DNA from: Acidimicrobiia bacterium
GTDB taxonomy: Bacteria > Actinomycetota > Acidimicrobiia > Spongiisociales > CAZKJJ01
Direction of reading: 5' to 3'
Assembly: GCA_046759765.1 (NCBI GenBank)
Contig: JBHICV010000001.1
Coordinates: forward strand, 125 to 64,124
Length of the DNA: 64,000 nucleotides
How positions within the stretch are numbered: position 1 is the stretch's first letter; each line of letters starts with the position of its first letter. The notes beneath the pieces are model-generated. The model made no database searches, had not been told where the DNA came from, and worked only from the letters and a program-made list of their open reading frames with translations. Of this stretch, positions 27,673 to 37,663 are shown piece by piece. The translations under genes and the position numbers were made by a program.

Positions 27673-28838
27673 GGCGCCAGCATCCTGCGTAGGCCGAGCC
27701 GAGCCACTGCCAAGGAAGCAACCGCAAACGCCAGCAGGGCCGCCACCGCCGGCATAACCGAAGAAGCACCACCTCCGCCCGCCAGATCGCCCAGACCGCG
27801 AAGGAACCAGGCGTGGGGCGTGATAAACGCCAGATTGGCCAAGAAGGTGAAACCCTGGGTGGTCGGAAAGAACACCCCTCCCAGGATTGCCATGACGAGC
27901 GCCACGATTGCCTGAGCGACCCCTGCCTGTTCGGCAGTTCGTGCCTGGGTGGCGACGACCGCCATGATCCCGACCGCCGCCACTACGGCGGAGAGCACCA
28001 GCAAAGTGACCCCGAACGGGTCGCCCCAGCTCGCTCCGAGCAGCAACGTGGTGGCCAACACCAGGATGGCCACCGATCCCACACCCAATACGTAGGCCGC
28101 GAGTCCCTTGCCTGCCACGACTGAGGCCCTTGGTATGGGAGCCGAGAGAAGCCTGGCCATGGTCCCCTGCTTCTTCTCGTCCAGCATCCCCGCCACGCCC
28201 ACCTGGACCGTGAAGAACACGAAGAGTATGGCCATGGCGGCCGAGTAGTAGGTGCTCAGATCGAGCTGTCTCGAAGCAGCCGTCGACGTCTCTACTGCAA
28301 CGGCTGCCGCCTGAGTCGCAGCCGCGCGCTGCAGGTCGGCCTCTACGGTTGCTCCCAGGCTCTGGGCCGTTGCCACCGAGACCGAGATTCGCTGTAACTC
28401 GGCGGAGAACGACTCGGCGATCGAGGTTGCCACCTGAGTGCCCACCGGAGCGTCGACGAATCCAACCACTCGGAGGGCAAGCGGCGCTCCCTGCAAGGCG
28501 GCATCCGAAAAGCCGGAGGGGATGAGGAAGCTCGCGTCCACCTCACCAGATTCTGCGAGGTCAACGGCCTCTCCCTGTGAAGCGACCTCGCTTATCTCGA
28601 CGGTACCGTCGGCGGCGACGCCGGCCAGAACCTCATCGACGAACGCCCGCCCAATGACTCCGCCGTCACCGTCGTGCACCGTGTACGCGAAGTCGATTGC
28701 CCCTTCGTCGATGTTCCCCAGCAGCAAGCTGAAGATCGTCGCCAGTCCGAGTGGCGCCGCCAGCCCGAAGATATACGCCGACCTATCTCGCAGCCGCTGC
28801 CGCAGATCCTTGCCGGCGATGACGAGCGCGGACGTCAA
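27669..28838 (-). CDS. ABC-2 family transporter permease
   Basis: 389-aa paralogue of the adjacent permease; the two are translationally coupled by overlap. Confidence 0.7.
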   Translation of the reverse strand: MTSALVIAGKDLRQRLRDRSAYIFGLAAPLGLATIFSLLLGNIDEGAIDFAYTVHDGDGGVIGRAFVDEVLAGVAADGTVEISEVASQGEAVDLAESGEVDASFLIPSGFSDAALQGAPLALRVVGFVDAPVGTQVATSIAESFSAELQRISVSVATAQSLGATVEADLQRAAATQAAAVAVETSTAASRQLDLSTYYSAAMAILFVFFTVQVGVAGMLDEKKQGTMARLLSAPIPRASVVAGKGLAAYVLGVGSVAILVLATTLLLGASWGDPFGVTLLVLSAVVAAVGIMAVVATQARTAEQAGVAQAIVALVMAILGGVFFPTTQGFTFLANLAFITPHAWFLRGLGDLAGGGGASSVMPAVAALLAFAVASLAVARLGLRRMLAP

Positions 28839-29779
28839 TCGCGCAGCGCCTTCCCGGTCAGATGGAGAAATACGGCCTCGAGGTTCGGCTCGGTGACCTC
28901 AACGCCTGACACCGACGACCCTTCCTGCCCGACCACCCTGATTAGCTCGGGCAGCCGCGATCTTGCGTCATCAATCACTAACTCGATCGAGCCGTCGGCT
29001 TCGCTGACTTTCTCCACGCCCGGGACCCGTGCAACTGCTTGGGCCGCTGGAGACGTGGCCCCCGTAATCGCCATTCGCACGGTGTCGCGCTGACCAATCA
29101 GGTCCACCAGCTCACGCCGCGTGCCCTCCGCCTTTATCTCACCCTCGTCGAGGATCCCGACCCGGTCACACAGCCGCTCCGCTTCCTCCATGTAATGGGT
29201 CGTGTAGAGGATGGCTATGCCCCCGCCTGATAGTTCTTCCACGTTGGTGAGAATCGCGTTGCGGCTCTGTGGATCGACACCCACGGTGGGCTCGTCCAAG
29301 AGCAGCAACTTCGGTGAATGGAGCAGGCCAATCCCGATGTTGAGACGCCGTTTCATTCCTCCGGAGTAAGTCTCGGTCCGATCGCAGGCTCGATCAGCGA
29401 GCCCGATCACCTCGAGAACCTCATCGACTCGGCGGGCAAGGTCGGTTCCCCCGAGTCCGTAGAGCCGTCCGAAGAAGCGGAGGTTCTCGCGCCCACTCAG
29501 ATCGGGGTATATGGCGAGCTCCTGCGGCACGAGTCCGAGGTTGGCCTTCGCGGCCACGGTATGAGTATCCAGAGGCTCGCCGTCGACGCGCACCTCGCCG
29601 GCGTCTCGCTCGAGCAAACCCGCCACCATCGAGATGGTCGTGGTCTTTCCCGCTCCGTTGGGACCGAGCAGACCATATGTCTCCCCCGGTCCGATGTGAA
29701 ATGACACGTCGGACACGGCGAGAAGGGCGCCGTATGACTTGGTCAGCGCCTCGACCTCGAGCATGCGCTGGGGTCCCAC
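28835..29779 (-). CDS. ABC transporter ATP-binding protein
   Basis: Walker A GPNGAGKTTT, signature YSGGMKRRL and Walker B LLLLDEPT. Confidence 0.85.
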   Translation of the reverse strand: MGPQRMLEVEALTKSYGALLAVSDVSFHIGPGETYGLLGPNGAGKTTTISMVAGLLERDAGEVRVDGEPLDTHTVAAKANLGLVPQELAIYPDLSGRENLRFFGRLYGLGGTDLARRVDEVLEVIGLADRACDRTETYSGGMKRRLNIGIGLLHSPKLLLLDEPTVGVDPQSRNAILTNVEELSGGGIAILYTTHYMEEAERLCDRVGILDEGEIKAEGTRRELVDLIGQRDTVRMAITGATSPAAQAVARVPGVEKVSEADGSIELVIDDARSRLPELIRVVGQEGSSVSGVEVTEPNLEAVFLHLTGKALRD

Positions 29780-29816
29780 CGAGGCACCGTACCAGCGCCA
29801 TCGGTAGCTTGACGCG

Positions 29817-30443
29817 ATGCGTTACCGCGACCGAGTAGAGGCGGGAAAGCGCCTCGCCAAGGAGCTCCTCGGCGTAGGAGACGGAGATTCTGTCGCTCTC
29901 GGCCTGCCCCGCGGAGGGGTCCCGGTGGCAGCGGAGGTAGCTGCGGCTCTCGCTATTCCGCTTGACGTCGTAGTTGTACGGAAACTGGGAGCCCCTTTCC
30001 AACCCGAGTTGGGGATAGGGGCAATCGGCGAGGAAGGCGTTCGGGTCGTAAACCGCGAGTTGGTCGCTCGGTTGGGAGTGACAGAGGAAACCCTGGACCG
30101 CATTACGAGCCAGGAGGAGCAGGAACTGGCACGACGGGTGAGTACCTACCGCGGCGAGCGTGATCCCCTCGTTCTTTCGGGCCTGACGGCGATTGTCATT
30201 GATGACGGCCTTGCGACCGGCTACACGGCCCGGGCGGCCATCGAGGTGGCCCGACGGCGCCAGGCGGGCCGAGTCGTGCTCGCCGTGCCCGTCGCAGCTC
30301 CTTCGGCAGTGGTGGAGCTGTCAACGGTTGCCGACGAGGTCGTGTGTCCCGAGCAGCCCCGCTTCCTTGGTGCCGTCGGCCAGTGGTATGAGGACTTCGC
30401 GCAGACGTCCGATGAAGAAGTGATCGGACTGCTAGAAGGGTGA
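29817..30443 (+). CDS. Phosphoribosyltransferase family protein
   Basis: 208 aa with the PRPP-binding motif VIDDGLATGYTARAAI. Confidence 0.65.
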   Translation: MRYRDRVEAGKRLAKELLGVGDGDSVALGLPRGGVPVAAEVAAALAIPLDVVVVRKLGAPFQPELGIGAIGEEGVRVVNRELVARLGVTEETLDRITSQEEQELARRVSTYRGERDPLVLSGLTAIVIDDGLATGYTARAAIEVARRRQAGRVVLAVPVAAPSAVVELSTVADEVVCPEQPRFLGAVGQWYEDFAQTSDEEVIGLLEG

Positions 30444-30449
30444 TCCGAC

Positions 30450-32159
30450 CTAGGAGGCGGCTACCGCATCTTCAATAGCCCTCGTCAACTCCCCCGGCTC
30501 GAAGGGCTTAGAGACAACGGCGTCCATGCCCGCCTGCGTGCATTGACTCTCTACTGAGGCAATATCGTCAGTCGTCGTAGCGATGATCGGAGTGTGGGCA
30601 TTGTCTTCAGTCGATCGGATCTGTCGAGTGGCTTCCACACCGTTCAGCCCGGGCAACCCGAGATCCATGAGAACGAGATCAAATCGAAACGCATCCAGCG
30701 CCTCGATTGCCTCCTGCCCCGTTACAACCAAGAAAACCGAATGGCCGCGCGTCTCCAGCATTCGTTTGGCGGACATTCGGTTCGTAGGACTGTCGTCGAC
30801 TACGAGGATGTCGAGTCGGCTTCTCCGCTCCCTGAGCCAGTGGCGGGTAACCAGCGTGGTCAGGTCGATGGGTAGCGCGCCGCCGAGCACCGCGTTTACA
30901 GCTTCCTCCAACTCTTTGCCCTTCACGGGTTTGGTCAGGTAGCCGGCAACTCTCAGCTCCCGACATCTGGCGCCGTCTCCTCGCTGGCCGACGGCCGTGA
31001 TCACGATGACATGGGTTCCGTCGTGCTCCGGTTTGTTTCGAATCTGCTCCGCGCCTGCGAGCGGATCGCCTCGGGTATCGAGGATGACTGCCGCGTATGG
31101 CGCGTCCCGGTCGCGAGCCTCCGAGAGTCCCTCGAGGCATTCGGTGTGTGAGGAAGCAGTGGTCACCGCCAGGTCAGAGTTTCGGAGCATGCCACGGATC
31201 GTCACGCGGTTGAGGTCGCTGTCGGCAACAACGAGCACAGGGAGACCCTCTATGCCCCTTTCGCGTTGGAGCTTTGGCTCCGGGACGGGAGGCACGGACA
31301 GTCCAAGTGGAACCTCGACACGGAAGCGAGAGCCGCCTACTGGCGCGCTTTCGACCGAGATCTGTCCCCCCATCCGCTCTACGAGCTGTCGTGATATCGC
31401 CAGGCCGAGACCGGAGCCTCCATATAGCCTGGCCGTCCCGCGGGACCCTTGGGCATATTCATCGAATAGCTGCGCGAGGTCCTCTCCAGAGATTCCGATC
31501 CCGGTGTCCTCCACTATGAAAGTGAAGTCGGCCGTTTCGTCTCCTAGGTCGGCCGTCACCCGGACCGTAACCGAGCCTTCCTCGGTGAATTTGATCGCAT
31601 TGGAGACGAGGTTCGAAATGATCTGGCGGAGCCTTCCGGGATCGCCAGAGACGTAATCGGGCATGCCCGAGGCGAGGTCGAGCGTCAGCACCAGTCCTTT
31701 CTCGTCTGCCCGGGGAGTGAATACTGCGACTGCATCGGCCAGCGTGTCCCGAACGCTGAACGGAATGTCATCGAGCTCCAACCGGCCGGCCTCGATCTTG
31801 CGTAGATCGAGAAGGTCGTTGACGAGCGTCATCAGCGCCTCCCCAGAGGCGCTCACCAGCTCTAGGTACTCACGCTGGTCAGGCGTGAGGCGAGTGTCCA
31901 TCGCCACCTGGGTCATGCCGAGAATGCCGCTCAGCTGAGTTCGGATCTCGTGGCTCATGTGGGCGAGGAACCGCGACTTCGCCTCCGAACCCGCTTCGGC
32001 GAGCTCTTTCTGGCTCTCTACCTCGGCGAGTCGAAGGCGCGCTTGCCCCAGCTCACCTCGCAGGCCCTCGATGTCCACCTGCGCGAGCTGCTCGACGGGA
32101 TTAGGCGCGGGCTCTGACATGAGTCGCTCCTCAGCATCATCGGCGGGTTCGAGACGCAA
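30450..32159 (-). CDS. Hybrid sensor histidine kinase/response regulator (HisKA-HATPase_c-REC-REC)
   Basis: H-box MSHEIRTQLSGILGM and the N/G boxes (NLVSNAIKF, GGSGLGLAIS), followed by two receiver domains (LVVADSD...; ILVVDDSPTNR...MDLGLPGLNG). Confidence 0.8.
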   Translation of the reverse strand: MRLEPADDAEERLMSEPAPNPVEQLAQVDIEGLRGELGQARLRLAEVESQKELAEAGSEAKSRFLAHMSHEIRTQLSGILGMTQVAMDTRLTPDQREYLELVSASGEALMTLVNDLLDLRKIEAGRLELDDIPFSVRDTLADAVAVFTPRADEKGLVLTLDLASGMPDYVSGDPGRLRQIISNLVSNAIKFTEEGSVTVRVTADLGDETADFTFIVEDTGIGISGEDLAQLFDEYAQGSRGTARLYGGSGLGLAISRQLVERMGGQISVESAPVGGSRFRVEVPLGLSVPPVPEPKLQRERGIEGLPVLVVADSDLNRVTIRGMLRNSDLAVTTASSHTECLEGLSEARDRDAPYAAVILDTRGDPLAGAEQIRNKPEHDGTHVIVITAVGQRGDGARCRELRVAGYLTKPVKGKELEEAVNAVLGGALPIDLTTLVTRHWLRERRSRLDILVVDDSPTNRMSAKRMLETRGHSVFLVVTGQEAIEALDAFRFDLVLMDLGLPGLNGVEATRQIRSTEDNAHTPIIATTTDDIASVESQCTQAGMDAVVSKPFEPGELTRAIEDAVAAS

Positions 32160-32199
32160 GTTGAGTTCAGCGCTGACGGCTGAGTGATAGCTTTCTGAT

Positions 32200-32568
32200 G
32201 TGGCCGATAGTTACCGCCACCTGGCCGAACGTCTCATCCAGGACGCGATGGAGGGCGGTGAGTTCGACGATCTTGAAGGAGCCGGTGAACCCATTGCCGA
32301 CCTCGGCGACGCCTATGACCCGGGTTGGTGGGCGAAGGCCTGGGCCCGGCGAGAATTAAAGGACCCCCGGCAGAAGGCGCTGGAGGACCACGTCCAAGAC
32401 GAGCTGCAGGCCTTGAGTGGGACTCTGGACGAGACCGAAGTAAGACGTCGATTGCAGGATCTCAATCGCTTGTTGGGAAGCCATCCCGCCGGCGCGGCGG
32501 TGGAACCGATCGAGGTTGAGGAGGCAATCGTCGGGTGGCGCCGACATGGCGCCCTTCCGCCGGCCTAA
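32200..32568 (+). CDS. DUF1992 (DnaJ-homologue subfamily C28-like) protein
   Basis: GTG start. LAERLIQDAMEGGEFDDLEGAGEPI... matches the DUF1992 N-terminal pattern (I.EA...G.FDNL.G.GKP). Confidence 0.5.
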   Translation: MADSYRHLAERLIQDAMEGGEFDDLEGAGEPIADLGDAYDPGWWAKAWARRELKDPRQKALEDHVQDELQALSGTLDETEVRRRLQDLNRLLGSHPAGAAVEPIEVEEAIVGWRRHGALPPA

Positions 32569-32583
32569 TGTCCCGGCGCTCGG

Positions 32584-33207
32584 TTACTTGGCCGCCGGCT
32601 CGAAGTAAGGATTCTCTCCCGCCGCGTGGTCCGTGACATCCGCCACGGCTGTGATCTCGGGCACCGCCTGCAGGATGGCGGTCTCGATTCCTTGGCGCAG
32701 GGTGACCGCGGCCAGACCGCAACCCTGGCAGCCGCCCATGAGACGTAGGTAGGCGGTTTCACCCTCCACCCCCACCAACTCGGCGGCGCCTCCATGGGCG
32801 GCAATCGCCGGGTTGATATGAAGATTGAGCACCTGGCCTACTCGCTCCGCGACCGATCCTTCCAGCTCCCCCACTTCGGGCGCGATCACCGGAGAAGGTG
32901 TGTTCGGGTTGTTCATCACGAGGCCTGGGTTCAGCAGATCCTTGGACATGTCCAACGAAGCGCCGCGAATGTTCTCGACGTCCCGCTCCGGGATTATCAA
33001 AGGCAGCTCCCCGTGACGCTCGAGGACGTCGGTCTCCTCCTTGTCAACGACGGGTATAAAGCTCAGGTCGTAGGCGAACTGGTTGCCGCGAGTTCCCGTG
33101 ACCTCGATCAGCAGCGCGTACTCGTCGTCCCCGGGCTCCTGAGCCCGGAACTCGAGAATCTGCGTTGCAGCCTTCTCTGTTACCTCGATGATCTGACTTT
33201 CAGTCAC
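32584..33207 (-). CDS. nfuA: Fe-S cluster biogenesis protein NfuA-like (degenerate A-type domain plus Nfu domain)
   Basis: C-terminal Nfu domain with LMGGCQGCGLAAVTLRQGIE (CxxC). The N-terminal HesB/IscA-like domain lacks the Cys triad, as in NfuA. Confidence 0.65.
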   Translation of the reverse strand: MTESQIIEVTEKAATQILEFRAQEPGDDEYALLIEVTGTRGNQFAYDLSFIPVVDKEETDVLERHGELPLIIPERDVENIRGASLDMSKDLLNPGLVMNNPNTPSPVIAPEVGELEGSVAERVGQVLNLHINPAIAAHGGAAELVGVEGETAYLRLMGGCQGCGLAAVTLRQGIETAILQAVPEITAVADVTDHAAGENPYFEPAAK

Positions 33208-33245
33208 GGACTCATCGTAGCCCGCAGCCCGCTATTTCAAACACG

Positions 33246-34475
33246 GTGATAGTGCAAAATGGGGGCATGCCCACGGCCCTGCTGATCCTGCCCACGGCAA
33301 CCTATAAGGCCTCTGATTTCATCGAGGCTGCCGAACAGCTCGATGTCGACATCGTTCTGGCCTCAGAGGAACCCCCGACCCTCTCGGAGGAGTTTGTGCT
33401 CATCGATCCCTCGCGCCCGGAGTGGTCGGCTGCACAGCTCGAGCAATACGCCGTCGAAAGAGGTGTGGATGCGATCATTCCCGTCGATGACGGCGGAGTT
33501 CTCATGGCATCACTCGCCGCCAGCAAGCTGGGCCTAATTCACAGCGCTCCCCATGCCGTGGCCACGACTCGAAACAAGGCGATGCTCAGACGGGCGCTGG
33601 CCGGTCGTGGCGTTCCCCAGCCTTCGTTTGCGATCATCCAGGGCGCGGACGATGTTGAGGCCCGATGCGCAGAAGTCGGGTTCCCGTGTGTCATGAAGCC
33701 GCTGTCTCTCTCAGGCAGCAGGGGTGTTATCCGAGTGGATGAGGCCCGTCAGGCAACCGATACGGCCGAACGCATACGCAGAATCCTGGCTTCAGCTGGA
33801 GAGAATCCGAACTCGCCTCTTCTGGTGGAGCAGTACGTATCGGGAGATGAGATCGCCTGGGAGGGCGTCCTCAGGGAGGGCAAGCTCGAGGAGCTTGCCG
33901 TTTTCGACAAGCCGGACCCGGCCGAAGGGCCGTATTTCGAAGAGACGATCTACACGACGCCGTCCCGGCACCATCCGGAGATGCTGCTCGAGGCGCGCGA
34001 CATTGTGGCGAAGGCCGCCGACGCGGTCGGGTTGACCGAGGGCCCGGTTCACGCGGAGCTGAGAATCGACGGCGGCCGGCTGTGGTTTCTGGAGATGGCC
34101 GCCCGCTCCATCGGGGGTCTGTGTGGCCGGGCACTTCGATTCGGGTTGATACCAACCTCACTCGAGTTTGTCTTGCTGCGCCATGCGCTTGGTCTGCCGG
34201 TCCAAACCAAGCGCGAGAGCGTGGCCTCGGGAGTGATGATGCTGCCGATTCCTTCCGCAGGCGTTCTCAGCGAGGTCCGGGGCGAGGAGGAAGCGCTCGC
34301 GGTTGAGGGTGTAACACAGCTCGAGATCACGATTCCTTTGGGTCACCGTGTCGTACCCCTGCCCGAGGGTGACCGATATCTGGGGTTCCTCTTCGCTAAA
34401 GGTCCCGGACCGGCTGACGTGGAGCGCGCACTCCGAGTGGGTTATTCCAAACTGGAGCTGGTTATCGGCTCTTGA
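33246..34475 (+). CDS. ATP-grasp domain protein
   Basis: 409 aa with the ATP-grasp central and C-terminal pattern (CVMKPLSLSGSRGVIRVD..., EVNARSIGG-like ...LEMAARSIGG). Confidence 0.6.
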   Translation: MIVQNGGMPTALLILPTATYKASDFIEAAEQLDVDIVLASEEPPTLSEEFVLIDPSRPEWSAAQLEQYAVERGVDAIIPVDDGGVLMASLAASKLGLIHSAPHAVATTRNKAMLRRALAGRGVPQPSFAIIQGADDVEARCAEVGFPCVMKPLSLSGSRGVIRVDEARQATDTAERIRRILASAGENPNSPLLVEQYVSGDEIAWEGVLREGKLEELAVFDKPDPAEGPYFEETIYTTPSRHHPEMLLEARDIVAKAADAVGLTEGPVHAELRIDGGRLWFLEMAARSIGGLCGRALRFGLIPTSLEFVLLRHALGLPVQTKRESVASGVMMLPIPSAGVLSEVRGEEEALAVEGVTQLEITIPLGHRVVPLPEGDRYLGFLFAKGPGPADVERALRVGYSKLELVIGS

Positions 34476-35563
34476 TCGCGCCGTCTTCCCCATCGACGAA
34501 CCTGGGGGCGGTGGCGGTCCGGCGCCGAACGATCCGACGTCCACGGGGCGTATGGTGCCATGGTCAGCTCCGCCAGATCCAGCAGCGGCTTGTCGTAGTT
34601 CACGCGCCAGGCCGAGAAGTCGCGCCACGCCTGCTCCCGGTCCACCCGCATCGGAAGCCCGGCCATGGCCAGCCGGTCGTAGGTGGCGTCGAATTCGGCG
34701 CGGATGATGCTGATGGGATCGGTCGGCAGGGGATTGGGATCGAACGCGACCCCGTAGAAGTCGGCGATCCGCTGGAGGGCGAGATATCCGGCACGGATCG
34801 TCAGGTCCGCCTGCGGATGGCGGGGAAGGTCGAGCGTCGAGGCGGTCAACGAGCAAGCGTCGAGTACGACTCCCGCCGCCGTCACCCAAGACCGCTCGGC
34901 GTGCGGCGACCGGAAGAACGCCAGCGCACCGTATGAGGTGTGAGTCTCCTCGAGTTCAGTGAACCAGGTCTCCCAATTCCCGAACTGCTCCGGCAGTTCC
35001 GACAGCCATCCGAGCTGATGGGCTCGCTCGAGGTATTCGACCGCGGTAGGCGGGCTCCCTGCCCTCACCTCGAGCAAGGCGACCTGGGTCTCACGCCGGG
35101 AGAAGATGTTGTACATGGCGGGCAGGAAGGCGATCATCAGCGCCAAGAGCACTAGGCCGAATACGGCCTGAGTGAAGGCAAGAACTCGGGCCGCTAGGGA
35201 GTCGACCGGCGCGAAACCCAACGTCAAGAGGGAGGACCCGCTGGTGTGAAAAGCATCAGCCCAGGTTGTTCCCTCCACCGCCCAGAACATTCCCATGTAG
35301 CCCACCAGAACCAGCGTCAGCCACACGACTGGCAAAGAAACGAGCACCACGGGTGCATAGAGCGCCATGATCCGGTCCCGTACTTCGAAGCCTCTTCGCT
35401 CGCTCGCCAGAAACCGGAAGATGCGCAAGAGCACTGAAAACACGAAACGCGAGAGCACGCCGCTGTAGCTGCGGGGAACCACCACCGTCCGGATGGCAGA
35501 CAACAGCGTCCACGCCACAAGCGACGCCCCGGCGACGAAGATAAGAACTCGCAACACGAGCAT
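34442..35563 (-). CDS. Integral membrane protein, function unknown
   Basis: 373 aa with about 6 N-terminal TM helices and a C-terminal soluble region; convergent with the ATP-grasp gene. Confidence 0.45.
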   Translation of the reverse strand: MLVLRVLIFVAGASLVAWTLLSAIRTVVVPRSYSGVLSRFVFSVLLRIFRFLASERRGFEVRDRIMALYAPVVLVSLPVVWLTLVLVGYMGMFWAVEGTTWADAFHTSGSSLLTLGFAPVDSLAARVLAFTQAVFGLVLLALMIAFLPAMYNIFSRRETQVALLEVRAGSPPTAVEYLERAHQLGWLSELPEQFGNWETWFTELEETHTSYGALAFFRSPHAERSWVTAAGVVLDACSLTASTLDLPRHPQADLTIRAGYLALQRIADFYGVAFDPNPLPTDPISIIRAEFDATYDRLAMAGLPMRVDREQAWRDFSAWRVNYDKPLLDLAELTMAPYAPWTSDRSAPDRHRPQVRRWGRRRDQEPITSSSLE

Positions 35564-35605
35564 CGGAGGTCGATCGGGAGCCTAGCCACCGCCCACGTCC
35601 ATCCC

Positions 35606-36877
35606 TTGACCCGTTATGAGCCTTCGTGCGATGTCCCGATACGATCATTCGCTGTGAGGGTCCTAGCCACGCTGTTCGTCTGCCTGGCTGCCTGCAGCTC
35701 GGTAGAGAATGGAGCCACTTCCACGCCTCTGCCCGTCACGTCGCAGCCCACATCCCCGCAATACGTCGGCTTCCTGGACGAGACGGGCAATGTGGCTCTT
35801 GCAAGCCCGGGGGGAGGCACGGTCCGGCAACTCACGGAGGACGCCTCTGATCAGCTCATCTACCGGCAGCCCACGTGGGCACCGGGCGGCAACTTGATTG
35901 CCTGGACCGCAATCGAGATCACCACGAGCGGAGCAACGAGCGAGGTTCAAATAGCTCAAGCCACCGGCGGGATCGTGGCCACTCTCTCGATTCCCGTCGC
36001 TCCGTTCTACTTGTATTGGAGCCCCGACGGGGGATCACTGGCGGCACTCGGCTCCGGTGCTCGCTCGATCGAGCTCTGGGTTCTTGACGTGGAGGAAGCA
36101 AGCGCTCGCGTCGTGGCCGAGGGTCAACCGTTCTACTTTTCATGGTCCCCCGACTCACGACGTCTGCTGTCACATGTTTCGGACCAGTGTGTCTCGCTGC
36201 TCTCACTCGACGGCCAGACCGAGCTCATCTCTCGCTCTTCAACGGGTTATCAGGCGCCTGGTTGGAGCGATCGCGATGAGTTGGCATACGTCGTCGGACA
36301 GGATGCCAGTGTGGCAGGCCCGCTTTTGGCCCAAGGAACAGAAGGGCGGCGTCTGGTTACCTCCGATATAGAGACGCGCACGGTAAGGGTCGTGCAAGCG
36401 TTCGCGGGTTTTGCCTCCCTCGGATTCAGCCCCGATGGATCCCGGCTCGCATACTCGATAACACCCACCGACGCACGAGCTACTGCCGGAGCAAACCTCG
36501 GACCGCTCATGGTTACGAGCCTCGATGCTTTTTCCTCAGTTGAAGTCGAGTCCGACCCAGTCGTTCTGTATCAGTGGGGCCCCAACGGGGAGCAGCTGCT
36601 GTATGCGGTGTTTTCGGGTACCGGGCTCCGGTGGAAGGTATGGGATGGCAGCCGGACGACGGATTACGGGCCGTTCATCCCCACCGATCGCTTCCTGTCC
36701 GAGTACCTGCCGTTCTGGGATCAGTACGCGTTGAGCAGCCGGCTGTGGTCCCGGGATGGAACCGCGTTCACCTACGCCGGCCGTACCGACGAGCGCGACG
36801 CGATCTTCGTCCAGCATCTGGACGCAGACTCACCCACCCCCGTCGCCGACGGCTCAGTGGCCTTCTGGTCACCCTGA
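35606..36877 (+). CDS. Lipoprotein with TolB-like PD40 beta-propeller repeats
   Basis: Lipobox LAACSS, then repeated WSPDG/SPDG blades (WAPGGNLIAW, WSPDGGSLAAL, SWSPDSRRLL, GFSPDGSRLAYS, WGPNGEQLLYA). Confidence 0.6.
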   Translation: MTRYEPSCDVPIRSFAVRVLATLFVCLAACSSVENGATSTPLPVTSQPTSPQYVGFLDETGNVALASPGGGTVRQLTEDASDQLIYRQPTWAPGGNLIAWTAIEITTSGATSEVQIAQATGGIVATLSIPVAPFYLYWSPDGGSLAALGSGARSIELWVLDVEEASARVVAEGQPFYFSWSPDSRRLLSHVSDQCVSLLSLDGQTELISRSSTGYQAPGWSDRDELAYVVGQDASVAGPLLAQGTEGRRLVTSDIETRTVRVVQAFAGFASLGFSPDGSRLAYSITPTDARATAGANLGPLMVTSLDAFSSVEVESDPVVLYQWGPNGEQLLYAVFSGTGLRWKVWDGSRTTDYGPFIPTDRFLSEYLPFWDQYALSSRLWSRDGTAFTYAGRTDERDAIFVQHLDADSPTPVADGSVAFWSP

Positions 36878-36917
36878 GTCGGCGCGCTGGGCCGCCTAGT
36901 CTCGGCGCATAGGCACA

Positions 36918-37550
36918 GTGATGATCGTCGCCGGTGGGGATGCGGTTGCATCAGAATTGCTGGAGGCGGTCCCGGACCCTGACTACGTAATCGCGGCTGA
37001 CTCCGGTCTCGACCTGGCGATGCAGCTCGGAATTCCGGTTGACGTCGTGGTGGGTGACCTCGATTCCGCATCCGAGCAGGCCGCAGACACTGCTCGGGCG
37101 GCCGCAGTCGAGTTCTCGATCCACCCCGAAGACAAAGACCAGACGGATCTGGAGCTCGCTCTCTCACTCGCCGGCCAACACGAACCAGAACGGGTGATCA
37201 TCGTCGGAGGAGGTGGGGGCCGGCTCGACCACCTGTTGGCCAACGCCGCGTTGATCGAGCATGCCCCCTTTCGCGACATCCAGTGGATCACAGCCGACGC
37301 CTATACCTACGTCGTCCGGGAACGTGCGCAGATAGGCGGCGTCCCCGGAGGTCTGGTCACGCTGCTGGCTATCGGCTCCGACGCGACGGGTGTGCGGACG
37401 GAGGGCCTGGCTTGGGAGCTAAACGGAGAGACACTCGAGGCCGGAAGCAGCCGCGGCGTCTCCAATCGATTCACCGAACCGGTGGCTCACATAGAAGTAG
37501 CCACCGGCGCACTGCTGGTGGTTGTGAACCAAGCAGCACACGAAGCATAA
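36918..37550 (+). CDS. Thiamine pyrophosphokinase
   Basis: VVGDLDS...EDKDQTDLELAL matches the TPK catalytic motifs (GDFDS, KD.TD). Confidence 0.7.
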   Translation: MMIVAGGDAVASELLEAVPDPDYVIAADSGLDLAMQLGIPVDVVVGDLDSASEQAADTARAAAVEFSIHPEDKDQTDLELALSLAGQHEPERVIIVGGGGGRLDHLLANAALIEHAPFRDIQWITADAYTYVVRERAQIGGVPGGLVTLLAIGSDATGVRTEGLAWELNGETLEAGSSRGVSNRFTEPVAHIEVATGALLVVVNQAAHEA

Positions 37551-37663
37551 GCAGGCGCGCCTCCGGTGCAGGGAAGGGTCCAGGGAGTGGGGGGGAAGGT
37601 TGTCCCCTCCCCTATCGCGCACCGGAGGCTTCCGGGCCGGTACCGGCGACCGGCCTGATCACT

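Noticed and set aside
34442-35563. Potassium-channel-like assignment for the membrane protein (sequence LTLGFAP)
   Set aside because: The motif does not match the TVGYG selectivity filter and no pore-helix/TM pattern of K+ channels is evident. It is left as an uncharacterised membrane protein.
37551-37663. Possible ncRNA in the GC-rich inverted repeats between convergent TPK and acyl-CoA dehydrogenase genes
   Set aside because: The nested inverted repeats (gcctccggtgc...gcaccggaggc) sit exactly between two convergent stops and are adequately explained as a bidirectional terminator-like structure. No promoter-like elements were seen.
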